Shown in pieces: positions 48,537-60,310 of a stretch of 61,979 bases of DNA. Position 1 is the stretch's first letter, and every line of letters begins with the position of its first letter. Origin of the DNA: Priapulus caudatus (taxonomy: Eukaryota); the NCBI RefSeq assembly GCF_000485595.1, contig NW_014577084.1, positions 879,695 through 941,673 on the forward strand, given 5' to 3'. The notes beneath the pieces were generated by a model that made no database searches, was not told the origin of the DNA, and saw only the letters and a program-made list of their open reading frames with translations. A program made the translations under genes and the position numbers.

Positions 48537-50363
48537 GTGCATCTGTATAAAGTACAACTAGTTATAAACGTATATTACAAACTCTCGGTTGATATTTAAT
48601 ATTTATTTTGTATGCAAGTCCATATGGGAACCACCTTGGTTTATCCGGCACAATTCGAATAGGGACAGAAAGGTTGTGAGCATTGACCTTTTGTCTACTG
48701 TCGATATATTTGTTGCATATGACTGTGTGTGAACATGTCGTGGGTAAGTGGGTGCCATCAAATTTGACTGTCCTGCTTCACCACTAGGTGTTACGCGTGG
48801 TCCGTCGTTATTCGCTGTCATGTGCTTTGCTGTAAATGTTGTTCTCTACTATACGTAGGTTGTACAGTCATGTTCTATGAGAGGTGTGTTAGTAACATGG
48901 AGAGGACGGAACTCCTTGTTGCAATCTCTTGCGTTGTTCCATTCCACGGATGTCGAAAGGGTATACCTGCTGTACGTCGCAAACGTGTTATTTCGTATTC
49001 CTTAGTGTTTGTATAAAACAGTTATGAAAGTTTCAAAATAAGTGGCTGGTGAAATGAAAGTTTCAGGCATCGACTCCTCTGGGATTCCTCGAATGGAGGG
49101 GGTGGGTGTTGTGCCCCAATGCTACTAAGGATTTCAAATTTGTAGTAAGAGATAAAGACATGGCAAGATTGCATTGACAAAAGACCATTAAGGAATATAT
49201 AGTTTTCTATGGAACATCAATGTATTGTGAAATATAGTAGTTGCTTCAGAATGCATCTTTGTGAAGTAATGTGTGTATTTAGTTAAGGGATTCTTTATAA
49301 AATGTGTTACGACTATCATAAGATTAACAAGAACATTAAATGCATTTAAAATTACGTTTATTATTTTTGCACAATTCCTGTCGCAGTGTATTTTACTTGC
49401 TAAAACATGTAATGGGAAGGGAATACCCTATTCGTGTATAGAGTCATGTACCTGATGTCCAATTATGTTGCCATGGAAATGTGAAGGATTAACAGCCCAT
49501 ACATCGTAATATATTTTTTGCCTTCATTGAGCTTTTCAGTTGGCACCTTTCTTGGTAAAACAAAATGCTCAGTTTTGTAGACTTGTAAAATCCCCCTACA
49601 ATGAGGCCACTGTACTGTTCACAGCAATTTTATATTGTTTTACATTTTGCCTTACAAAATATTTTATTTACTTCTCAATTGGAAGCCACGATGAGCAAAG
49701 CCATTCTTTCTGTAAATATAGAGGTAATGGCCAGATTTCTGGATATTTGAAGAAAATATATCTAGTGTACCTATTGCCATTATATAAAGCATGACATCAA
49801 ACAGAAAACTGCTTAAAAACGGCTATTTATTTGAGATTTAATTAAAAATAGAAGAAAATACTGGCTCTGTTGCACTAGCAATTGCACCATCCACATAGTA
49901 TTACCACGTTTTCACACATTGCGAAACATTTGTGAAAAAAGTTAGCCAAGGTAGTTTTTTGTAACATGCCACCAATTTTTGCAATATGATAGTGTTCAGA
50001 CATTGTGTTGTGCAGAAGAAAACATTGACACGGACATTTATGATGGCAGATAACGTATCAATGTCATAAATTCTGTTACTAAACAAACGTGTTGAAAACA
50101 CTTACTTGCACGATTGGATTTGTCACTACATAATAGGACAGTGATGCTAAAATGCACTGGACCAAAACTTATGCACACTACAGCAAGTCTAATGAGAGAA
50201 GCCAGTTTACTGTTACAACATTGATGAGATTCTGCCTATTATATAGTTTTACAGCTAATCTGTACTGACGTTTAACGGGAATAGTTTTTAGGTGGGTAGT
50301 CTGTCAACTCATTTACTGAATTGCGATCAACGACAATGAAGATTATATTTGATGATATTAATG

Positions 50364-50997
50364 AACAAGTGCCGCAGAGCGACAGCACTCAACTGACGTG
50401 TACTGTAGCCGGGTATTCTTCTAATAAACTCACTGGCAACCGAATCCGTGTTGACCTCTCCTCTTGAGGGTCAAAAGGTTATCAGACACTTCACACACCA
50501 CAGCAAAAAACACATCACAGACCCCTCAAAAAAAAGAGAAAAAAAGGAGAGGAAAACGCAAAAAAAAAAAAGTTCCACTCTGCCTGTTAGGCCATGTCCT
50601 CAGAAAATGCCTGATATGTGACCTTCCCCCCACTGCCCTTTGACCTGTGACCTCCAATTTCGCACTGGTGATGGGTTTCCTGCCCATCACACTATACACC
50701 GAATATTAAGAGCATAGGTGGAGCCGTTTAGATTTGTGCCGCAATTCTGCATTTCCTCTATACCTTAAGTTAAGGAGGGAATGTTCCCCCTTCTTTTACA
50801 CCTCTTGACCTTTGACCTTTGACTCCCAGCTTTGACATCCCAACTCGTTTTCGTGTTACCCTCCTACGTCCCGACTTTCGAATCTGTACGTCGAGCCGTT
50901 TAGATTTGTGCCCAACTGTTGACGGACGCACGCGCGCACGGACAATCATGCGATTCTACAAGCTGCATCTGACTATGTCAGATGAGCTAAAAAAAAC
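50364..50997 (-). mobile_element. HINE-like element; insertion-free paralog of 22355-24724
   Basis: Reverse complement aligns with 22355-22567, 23914-24240 and the 24690-24724 end. Confidence 0.8.
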
Positions 50998-51803
50998 GAG
51001 TTCGTGAAAAGTGGCACCCTGCTTACATGGTTTTGCACAAATAGAACTACTTAAATATATATATATATATTCAATAAACTATAAATGGAAACATATTCAT
51101 AATGTGTGACATTGTGAAACATGTATTGTGGACTTTTCAATCAATTATTATGTCACATGATTCACTATTACATGGACAATATTCATCTGTCATTGTCATG
51201 TAAGTAAAATAGCATAGACGTGTTTACAACCAAAACGTAATGAAAACAACATGATGAGTGGACCTGGCGAACATGGCTACATATTATCTTACAAAGGTAT
51301 TCTGAAGTAAAGGTCAGAGGAAACTGTTTGGCACTCTATGAAAGTATATGATACACATATTTAAATGATATTCAAAATAAAATACAATAGTAGAAGCAGG
51401 TATCCATTGCATAGGTTAAACACCAACCTTGAAGTTACTACGTTGAGGCAAATCTAACTGTTTGCACAACAGCATGTTCATACACGTTGGAAGCTAACGA
51501 TAATGAGCAAATATAATCATTTACCTATTACATGGACACTTGCTAGTGTAAATCAAGAGTATTTACAGGTGCTAATTTTACTCAAGTAAAATTAGGAAAG
51601 ATTGTCACAGCACCACTTATATTGCTACGGCAGATGGCAGCACTTAACATCATGCAGTTATAAACCACTAATGTCACGTAATATTGCATAAACTCGAGTT
51701 TTGAGGTAATCGCCAACTTACTAAAAAAAACACCCACTTATAATGTCTGACTAAGACATGAACATGGATTTTCAACCCTGGTCCGCGTACAGAAGGCACA
51801 GAT

Positions 51804-51907
51804 TCAACTTAAATGTGCTGACGAGTTGTCATTCTTGATAAGAACTCCCAGCTTTGCCAAACACATCTGCTTTCTTAGTTTTAATATTTCCAAGAACATG
51901 GTCATCT
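51804..51907 (-). CDS. RAB3IP: RAB3IP terminal exon (MFLEILKLRKQMCLAKLG..HLS*)
   Basis: tttcag acceptor, TGA at 51806-51804. Confidence 0.93.
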
Positions 51908-54900
51908 CTGAAAGTACACAATACCTTTAATAAATGGGGTAGTAAGGCAGATGGGGTCGTTGTCGTATCAGGTACTACAGATATGTACCTGAGGTAGTTT
52001 TAGGTTGTTTAGTATTACGTTTATATTTTTATATGAGGTATGTTTAGGGTTAGGGTTAGGGTACACTTCTGTAGTACAAGTCTGGTACACTTTGTGTATA
52101 CATATATGTACCTCGGGTACATATCTGTAGTACCTGATACGACAACGACCCCTTGAGCGGTAGTAAGTTACATCCTGCACACAGCCTACCTAGTCAAATA
52201 TTCAGCAATTGCGGGGGGGTATAAATACATTTACTTAAATGACATTTGCGCAAATGTTGTCTTGATAAAATGGCACATACCATCCTGTTTGACTAGACCC
52301 AGGTGAACGTATCTCACGTAAGTGAAGAAATCACACACTGCTGCAATCTGCACAAATAAATAGAAGAAACATCATAGGGACATACACCACAACTTGGACA
52401 AGTATGTGCGTGCCCTAATACAGTAGTGTTTACATACACTCATCATTTGATAGAAAGGAGAAGCATATAAAAATCATTACTGTTGAAGATAATCAAGATA
52501 ACACAAGATAAGCTACATGTTTTATGTTAACGCATAATATATTAAGGTATCTTAGAGCAGGTACCTGAGGTGCCCATGAGCTGAAAGATATCTCATAGGA
52601 AAGTAGATTATGAAAATATCATGTTACAGTAAAGATTTACACAACGTATATAAACAGATTATGCCATACCCTGTCCCTGGCTAACTTGGAAATGTAGTGC
52701 CAGCAGCAACTCTCACCAAGCTTCATTCTGTAAGTGCATGATTGACATATCATTGTCAATGCACACTCACTGGAAGAAAATAGAATAGCTGTTGGCTCAT
52801 GAGTTTCACCCTGCATCGCTTGTGCTGTGCTACTGCAAATAAGTCTTTTATATTGGCAGACTGAACGTTGGATAGTACAGGTCATTCATTATTCCTGTCG
52901 AATTCTAAAAATATTGCACTTATTACAATATAATATAAAAAGAATGTGCTTGCATTTACCATTCTTGTGACTCATTTCCAACAACCACTTCCATCATGAG
53001 TGAGTTCTCCTCCACAGATTTTTGAACAGCTTTGGCCATCTACAAAATAAAACTACAAGTTCTTTGCTCTGACAAAACTGCATGTATGATATCAGTATAA
53101 AGGGACTGCAAATGAACAAAGAATAACAGTGATAATAAAAAAGCTAAATAACAATTACGTTTGACCAACTGAAATGTATACATATTGAACAAACAAAAAT
53201 TTTAAAATTTAACTTACTTCAATATTTCTGTATGTAAGGCAGGGGATTATATCTTCTCTGTGAATCCGTAATAGAAAATCACTGCCACCACTTTCTAGAA
53301 CAGGGTTCTGTACCCATTTGCTGAACTCCTCATACAGTAAAGGATCCGTCTAAAATGAGTAACACTTGTTGCATGAGACGTCGAATTGTAAACCAAGTAC
53401 CAGGTTAAATACTTTTCAGGACGAAGATTGATAAGTTGCAATTCAATCCATGACACATTCTTCTCCCATATTCCATATACTACATACCACACTTTCCTGT
53501 ATTCCACATGTTTTCAATTACACTTCATTATTCCTTTATTCCTTTTCTATTATACTAAATTTAGATAAGACTAGTCTTGGCTAAACTAGACTGTCTGTTT
53601 TCAATTATTTCTTCCTCTAATCTGAGCTATTAACACGTTAATAAAATCACTGTTATACACGTTATTGACAACTATTTACTACTAAGTCTACACTGCATTG
53701 TTTGGACAGGACACCAAATCTCCTACATATCTGTATAAATCAAAATGAATCTAACCTCAATAAAATTGTTTAACGTGGCATTGTCAGAGGGATCTGGGGG
53801 TGGGCTCACGTCTCTTCTCTTTTCTATAGCACCAGTGTGACTGCCAGATCGTTTGTGTCCTCTCAAAAAGCTTGTTATTCCACTGGTCCTTATGCTCAGG
53901 ATCGGCAATGACTCTGACTTTGGTACATCAGGTGCAGAAGCCAGAACCAACCTCTTTAGAGCTGTAATCTCTGCATCGAGAACATCTATCTGCAAAAAAT
54001 TGCAAGGGACAACAATAGGAGTGTGATGAGACAAGTTTGGAAATGTCTAACATGGCTGTACTAAAAACTAACACTGCTACCATTCACATTTGATTATATT
54101 TTGAATTGTTATGGTCGCAAATATGAGCACATATGTTACAATCTAGAAATGGCAGTTGTCGCCAACTACATGTATCCCCCGCGATCTAGTATGAATGAAA
54201 TATCTCCGTAAGGACGTACAAGGTAGGTAAAGTGAAATAAGTCACAAAGACAAAGGTTTGTTAAACAACTCATCTGCCTGAGATGTGCAAGTATGTCAAA
54301 TTTGGTTACCTTAGGGGTTTTGGTACGCGACACACCTTCTCCCCAAGATGTGAAAGTATACGAAGTTTGCCTGCGCTAGGTCAATTAGGGGCTGAGTTAT
54401 AGAGCGGAAGAAAAATATGATGAAGGTCAATGTCAAGGTCAAATAAAGATTGCAGTGGCCTGATTTCGGTACGTGACACACCTTCTCCCCAAGATGTCAA
54501 GTATACCAAGTTTAGTCGCGCTAGGTCAATTAGGGGCAGAGTTATAGAGCGGAAGGGAAATATGATCAAGGTCAATGTCAAGGTCAAATAAATGTCGCAG
54601 TGACCTGGTTTTGGTACGCGACACACCTTCTCCCCAAGATGTGTAAGTATACCAAGTTTGGTCGCGCTAGGTCAGTTAAGGGTCGAGTTACAGAGCGGAA
54701 GGGAAAGTGTCTGCGGCGGCGGCGAGCGGCAGCTGGACAGACGTGAAACCATAGTATCCCCGCCAACTTCGTCGCGGGGGATACAATTAGTTTTCAAATT
54801 GTAAACCAGAACAAGCTATTCACAAACTATCACTTTGAACCAGGACAAATATAATGGGATAGTAATCTATTAGTAAAATAAAATGCATTTATATACATTG

Positions 54901-57900
54901 TTTTACCTTACAAGGCAAATTCTATAAGCTATAGGAATGCAGCCATATAATAATTACCATTAGCCATATAATAATAATAATTAATACAATACGACTTACT
55001 TTACTTAGAGCTTCCTTCAGTTGCTTCTCCACTGATACTCTTCTCTCATTGGCCTCTCTAACCATGCGATGTGCCTCCTATGGATTAAAAATATATAGAT
55101 AAGGATTTTCTCCCATAATATGCAATCCCTATTAATTTAAGATTTAATTAAAGTATCATAATAAATTACTATACTTCCATCCTGGCAGTATGCTACATAC
55201 AGTAATACTCAATGCCACGATAACACGGGTTACAGAAATTAGCCCCGTGTAATTCGTAAATAATGACTAACAAGGTACTAGCCAGGATTGAGAAAGTGGG
55301 AGTTCGAAGGCATTTTACAATTCCTACTAGATGGGTCAGGGTACATGACCCCTCCCAGAAATATTTGTCAAAAACAGTGCAATTTGGTGCATTCTGAGGT
55401 ATTCTGAATAGTAAACAGAGTGTTATATTTTGACCATATTTTCGCACATTAAGAGACCTTATTACGTTTCTTCATATTATTCAACATTGTGTTCTACATT
55501 CTTATACCCCTGTCACACCTACCCGCGATCACGCTCGCGCTCCCACTGCGACCTGAAAAGTATGAANNNNNNNNNNNNNNNNNNNNNNNNNNNNNNNNNN
55601 NNNNNNNNNNNNNNNNNNNNNNNNNNNNNNNNNNNNNNNNNNNNNNNNNNNNNNNNNNNNNNNNNNNNNNNNNNNNNNNNNNNNNNNNNNNNNNNNNNNN
55701 NNNNNNNNNNNNNNNNNNNNNNNNNNNNNNNNNNNNNNNNNNNNNNNNNNNNNNNNNNNNNNNNNNNNNNNNNNNNNNNNNNNNNNNNNNNNNNNNNNNN
55801 NNNNNNNNNNNNNNNNNNNNNNNNNNNNNNNNNNNNNNNNNNNNNNNNNNNNNNNNNNNNNNNNNNNNNNNNNNNNNNNNNNNNNNNNNNNNNNNNNNNN
55901 NNNNNNNNNNNNNNNNNNNNNNNNNNNNNNNNNNNNNNNNNNNNNNNNNACTACGCTTTCTAGGCTTGTTTTCGCTCATTCTACGTCCACACTGCGCTGA
56001 CACGAGCAAGCAGTCGCCCGGTCGATTTTCTAATCGCCACTGGCGACTGGGCGACCGCTTGTTTCTCACGCTGTGCACCATGCCAAAAAGAAGAGGCAGG
56101 GGTCGAGGAAGGCCGTCTCCATCGTCTCCACGGTCGTCCAGTCCTGTTCCATCTGAGCCTGTTCCTGAGCCTGCTGACAACAAGAAGGATGCAGGGTCTT
56201 CGTGTCGTAGCTTGGCCATTAGACAGTGATAGTGGCCAAACTGAACTCTTCTTGCCCCACGTCTAACCATGATCGAACCCAGCATCTCCTCTCCCTTCTT
56301 TCCCTCCTCCTTCTTCTTCTTCTTCTAATGATGTTGACAAGGGCCTGGTCATCTTGTGCCTGCATATGTGCTAACTGTAGTACAATTAGCACATTCTGCC
56401 TGCCTGCGGTCATGGTGAAGAGCAGATGCACACTGATTGTGTATAGAAGATGAAGCTGTATTTATACAAAACTGTGTGTGTGAGGGGGGGGGGGTCAGTG
56501 AAAGTGGGATCGTAATAAGAACGCTCTGTGAGCCTATTGCAAACGTGGGAACAACGCCTTGGACGTATTACGAGCGTCATAGTCTCAGTGGCAGCGCAGT
56601 GTGGACGTAGAATGAGCGGAAACAAGCCTAGAAAGCATAGTGGAAGCGCCGTAACGGCGCAATAAGAACGGGAGAGGCACGTATGGAGAGCTCAATGAGT
56701 GTACAGCAGTCGCAAACCAGTCGCAGGGGACGATTTCTGCAACCCCAAGTCGCTTCTATGCGTTGTTGCTACGTCCACGATAAGCTCATGTAGTTCGCTT
56801 TGCGCTGCCATGGCGACTGTACTGCGTCATTACACCGCTCATTACAGAGCGCGGACCCGCTGCGCTTGTTTTGATTCGGAACAACACAAGCGCCGAGGTG
56901 TCGTGCTCAAGGTAGCTCATGGCGACCCTTTTCCGTGCTTGACAGTTTCCACTGCGTCACCAACTCGTTCTCAGAGACCTTACTGCGCTTTTCCTCGCGC
57001 TTTCATACTTCTCAGGTCGCAGTGGGAGCGCGAGCGTTATCGCGGGTAGGTGTGACAGGGGTATTAGCTAGACGTGGATTTAATTTATGGTTTTTTCCTA
57101 GACTTTTACAGATTGTTACGAATAGTACATGGTCCTTTTCTAAAATAATGCAAGTATATACGTTTATATCATAAATTTATTCTCTGAAATGAGTGCATGG
57201 CTATCATCAGCTGTCAGCCGTACAACACACCATCAGGTACGAAAATTGGCTATTGAAAACTAGATGGCTTGCTAGCTAAAAGTAAATTCATGCCAATTGG
57301 GGTATTACTGAAATTTTATATTGATTGCTGTGCAACTAAATATCATTGAAGGTTTAACCATAAAAGCAAATCTCTTTTATTGTATAAATCACATATATAT
57401 ATATATGAAGCATCATAGCAGTACATTGTATGATTATATTATTAGAATAAACACATTTTATAGTATAAACGTCTATCCTCATTACATGACATATTTTAGA
57501 ATATTTAAAATGTTTCATTACATCATAAAATATTGTAACAGATTTTACACTATTGCATCTATCCATTTTTTTCCTTTTGTAAAAACTTGATTCTTTACAT
57601 GTACTCGTATTTGAATAATATACAATAATGAGTTAACAGTAATAATAAAATACTTACTTCAAATAAACTTGCTGTGAGGTCTTGCAATTCCAATCCTACT
57701 TGATCTCTAACTTTGGATAATTTTCCCACCTCCTCATCTTTCAGCTTAATCTCCTATTATGATTCCGATATCATGTGTATAAGATATGGAACGAAATATG
57801 ATGTAACTTGGATTCATATTTTCATCACTAGTCTACAAAAACTGTCACACATTTAACACACTCACCACCAGCAAATAACAATATATAAATGTTCAACCAT

Positions 57901-58406
57901 TTAAAAATAAAATGCAAAGCCACAGAAACATACCAGCATAGCTGCTAATAAATGGGAAAAAAATTAACAGATATAACTTCTGTGAGGTGACCTATGGTAT
58001 CCAAAAAATTGGCTTTACAATTAGCAATTAGCTTGCTGGCCTGTGCATAGACTAACAGGATTAGGGGCAGATAAGGTCTATGTCCCCCTGACCTCTGTTT
58101 GACCTGGCTCGTTTAGCTATTTCTGACCAATATATATATATATATCATATATTAGGGTTAGGGTTCGGGTTAGTCGAAAATAGCTAAACGAGCCAGGTCA
58201 AACAGAGGTCAGGGGGACATAGACCCTACGAGCGGATTAGGGTGTTACATATGATTGTCAGATTTTAAGTGTTGAAGTTAAAGATATATTGTGCACTCAC
58301 CTCTTTTGCTTTAGACAACTGTTCTTGCAGAAGGTTGTATGGCTTGTCTGCAATTTCATGCACGTCACGACTTTCTGACATTGTGTCAGATTTGATCAGT
58401 ACCAGG
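51804..58406 (-). CDS. RAB3IP: Sec2-domain Rab8/Rab3 guanine nucleotide exchange factor (Rabin8/RAB3IP-RAB3IL1 family); 9 coding exons; the 5' end may lie further upstream
   Basis: Minus-strand exons 58406-58301, 57753-57658, 55077-55000, 53989-53756, 53349-53218, 53039-52960, 52769-52670, 52347-52281, 51907-51804 are all GT-AG and in phase. Sec2 coiled coil KLKDEEVGKLSKVRDQVGLELQDLTASLFEEAHRMVREAN..EKQLKEA..KIDVLDAEITALKRLVL; C-terminal CAL..C..R.KLG..YIS..RDRIAAVCDFFTYVRY..LRKQMCLAKLG. An in-frame ATG at 58381 would give 323 aa. Confidence 0.94.
51947..52158. mobile_element. Hairpin MITE with internal (TTAGGG)n and a 9-bp TSD (Mutator-like)
   Basis: TSD ggtagtaag; ends gcagat / ttgagc; ~44-bp subterminal inverted repeat. 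Confidence 0.88.
52281..52347 (-). CDS. RAB3IP: RAB3IP exon (IAAVCDFFTYVRYVHLGLVKQD)
   Basis: gtgcag acceptor, G|gtatgt donor. Confidence 0.94.
52670..52769 (-). CDS. RAB3IP: RAB3IP exon (ECALT..CTYRMKLGE..YISKLARDR)
   Basis: ttccag acceptor, AGG|gtatgg donor. Confidence 0.93.
52960..53039 (-). CDS. RAB3IP: RAB3IP exon (MAKAVQKSVEENSLMMEVV)
   Basis: ttgtag acceptor, TG|gtaaat donor. Confidence 0.88.
53218..53349 (-). CDS. RAB3IP: RAB3IP exon (DPLLYEEFSKW..FLLRIHREDIIPCLTY)
   Basis: ttttag acceptor, GAA|gtaagt donor. Confidence 0.93.
53756..53989 (-). CDS. RAB3IP: RAB3IP exon (IDVLDAEITALKRLVL..GHKRSGSH)
   Basis: tttgcag acceptor, GAG|gttaga donor. Confidence 0.92.
54141..54786 (-). mobile_element. 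HINE-like element of the same family as 37539-38430 (about 3 repeat units)
   Basis: Reverse-complement similarity including both ends. Confidence 0.85.
55000..55077 (-). CDS. RAB3IP: RAB3IP exon (EAHRMVREANERRVSVEKQLKEALSK)
   Basis: ccatag acceptor, AAA|gtaagt donor. Confidence 0.94.
55505..57063. mobile_element. Internally deleted Harbinger transposon with long TIRs; spans the assembly gap
   Basis: TTA TSD; TIR tacccctgtcacacc..; minus strand from ATG 56413 gives RRRRRCWVRSWL/RRVQFGHYHCLMAKLRHEDPASF (Harbinger transposase N-terminus, frameshifted); plus strand from ATG 56080 gives MPKRRGRGRG.. Confidence 0.85.
55567..55949. other. Assembly gap (383 N)
   Basis: Run of N. Confidence 1.
57658..57753 (-). 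CDS. RAB3IP: RAB3IP exon (EIKLKDEE..LTASLFE)
   Basis: aatag acceptor, GAA|gtaagt donor; Sec2 motif. Confidence 0.94.
58067..58233. mobile_element. Hairpin MITE with internal TTAGGG and a 9-bp TSD (Mutator-like)
   Basis: TSD ggattaggg; ends gcagat / acgagc; ~48-bp perfect inverted repeat. Confidence 0.88.
58301..58406 (-). CDS. RAB3IP: RAB3IP exon (MSESRDVHEIADKPYNLLQEQLSKAKE)
   Basis: catgtag acceptor, GAG|gtgagt donor. Confidence 0.82.
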
Positions 58407-58865
58407 CTACATGAAAAAATACATGAAATTCAATAAACCTGCAAGAAAAACACAACTTATTAAATCAGCCGGTTATTATCGGCTAAGAATAAGATTTCTT
58501 CCATTGCTTGGTATTTGTTTATTTTTCTAAATATTAGCTACATTAGATTGTTAAGTTGTGGGCCATTTACATTAAAGTTAAGTCATGCATTAATTACATG
58601 TGCCATTTGTTACATGCAATACACATATATTGTTGCCGAGTTAGGAATTAGGTCAAATAATAAGTGTTGTTTTTCTGTCATTCCGTATTGGAATTCTCTC
58701 CCTTCCTCTTTAGTTAATTGTAAATTTAAACTGCAATCCACAGTGTGATCTGTCCATTTGATCAACTTTTGTCTCTTTCCCTCTTTGATATAGTGAGTCC
58801 CTTAGACTTTGAAGACTGTGGTGCAAGATTATCCGCGTACATGGATGCACACCCTGGATACACTA

Positions 58866-59830
58866 ATGGCAACATATGACAAACTTACCGTACACTCTCT
58901 AAAAGTAAACTTTATGAAAGAGGAGCATCGACAAGAGGTCGCAAAGAAGATTTGATACAAAGGTAAGAACTATGTTGCACTAAATACGTTGTGTTTATGA
59001 GTGATAATGCACAATTTTGGTCAGAATCGGCGTGTGAAATCTCGGCAGATGAACGCTTTTAGAAGCGGCTTGTAAACACTGTCTTGGAAAGCATTTTCCT
59101 ACTGTATTCTAGATGTAGGTTAAGACTTTCCTTCGCATTATTTGGTCGTAGATTTAGTAATTCGTTAAAAAAAAACGTTTGAGACCCTGCTTCGATGTTC
59201 AAGCTTGTTTAAAAGTTGCTCTATAATATATATAGAGTATAATAGACAGAGAGAGAGAGAGAGAGATGGTAATATAGGCTTAGGCCACATGCTACAAGTC
59301 AGGTCAACCTTGTGGCAACAAGTCATGGGCTATAGTACTAAAGCTAGTTTAAAAGGTAAGGTCGATGTTGCATTTGCGATTCAAGCTGAATTTATTTATT
59401 TATTTATTTTCAACAGACTGGAAGCATATGACCAGCGTTCGAAATTAGTGCCGACCCGGAGGCCCGAAGCCACCAAGTTTTGGCTCGGGCAATTATCTCT
59501 ACGAAACTGCCGGTCCTCCTGACTAGCACTTTTTCCCCTCATATTACGCTGAAATACTACGGTTATCGCAATGGCAGTTTAGACAGACTTGTAAATGGGA
59601 GCGTATTCTAATAATGCGCTCCATTCCTGAACGTAGACGGGGTATCCAAAACATCTAGAGCTGAGGGCATGAACTCGCTCAATGCATGAATCGCCACACA
59701 AACAAAACCTCGCGACACTCTAAGAAATCGATTGCAGCATGTAGCGTAGCCCAGTGTTTTTATGACCGCATAATAATAAGTTCAGGGAAGTTCTTATGTC
59801 GCAGGGGTTATCGTGGGGAGTAAGGGCCCT
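58866..59830 (+). pseudogene. Frameshifted SAP-domain gene, probably a decayed SAP-SWIM-YqaJ transposon ORF
   Basis: Exon 58866-58962 (AG|gtaaga) plus an exon from 59417 (caacag|) reads MATYDKLTVHSLK[+1 nt]SKLYERGASTRGRKEDLIQR|LEAYD, matching the SAP consensus; stop at 59520-59522 and degenerate sequence downstream. Confidence 0.7.
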
Positions 59831-60065
59831 GCAAATTACAGCCCAGTTAATTACTGCAGTACAGAATGTTCAGAATCAACCGAGCTAAATTTCTCACAAG
59901 TGTCTGCGATCACAAATACATATACATATACATCTTCGCATAACTGAAATTTATAAATCGATATTAAATTAGATTCATTTTAATATATTACTGTAATATG
60001 AGTATGTATATTATGTATGAGTGTGTATATTACTGTGTGAACGACCCTACTACACAGTTCCGTAA

Positions 60066-60310
60066 AGCCGGCTCAGGTCACCCTATGACCCGTCTAATTT
60101 ATCGCCTATTGACGTCGTAATAAAACTCATGTCGATTTGAGGTGATTTTGGGCTGCAAATCTCCGATCAGTATTTACAGCACCGACCAGATCGTAGTGTT
60201 CTGCAGGAAACGTAGACTGGTTCACGACCCCAGTGTTTGTACCAGCACAAGCAGTTCTCTAGCCCAAACAGAGCAAGCTTGACACCGGGACCAGTCTACA
60301 TAAAACGAGT
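60066..60310 (+). mobile_element. Partial Harbinger-like MITE related to 22568-23270
   Basis: Start agccggctcaggtcaccctatgacc resembles the reverse complement of 23245-23270; 60180-60310 resembles 22670-22800. Confidence 0.65.

Noticed and set aside
51990..52013. let-7-like sequence TGAGGTAGTTTTAGGTTGTTTAGT
   Set aside because: It straddles the arm/loop junction of a MITE, has a 3-nt insertion relative to let-7, and lacks a pre-miRNA star arm.
55430..56285. Long ORFs of 177-263 aa
   Set aside because: Artefacts of translating through the N gap; only the Harbinger stubs are meaningful.
58640..58735. CR1/L2 3' remnant (IPYWNSLPSSLV)
   Set aside because: A single short motif with no definable ends or TSD.
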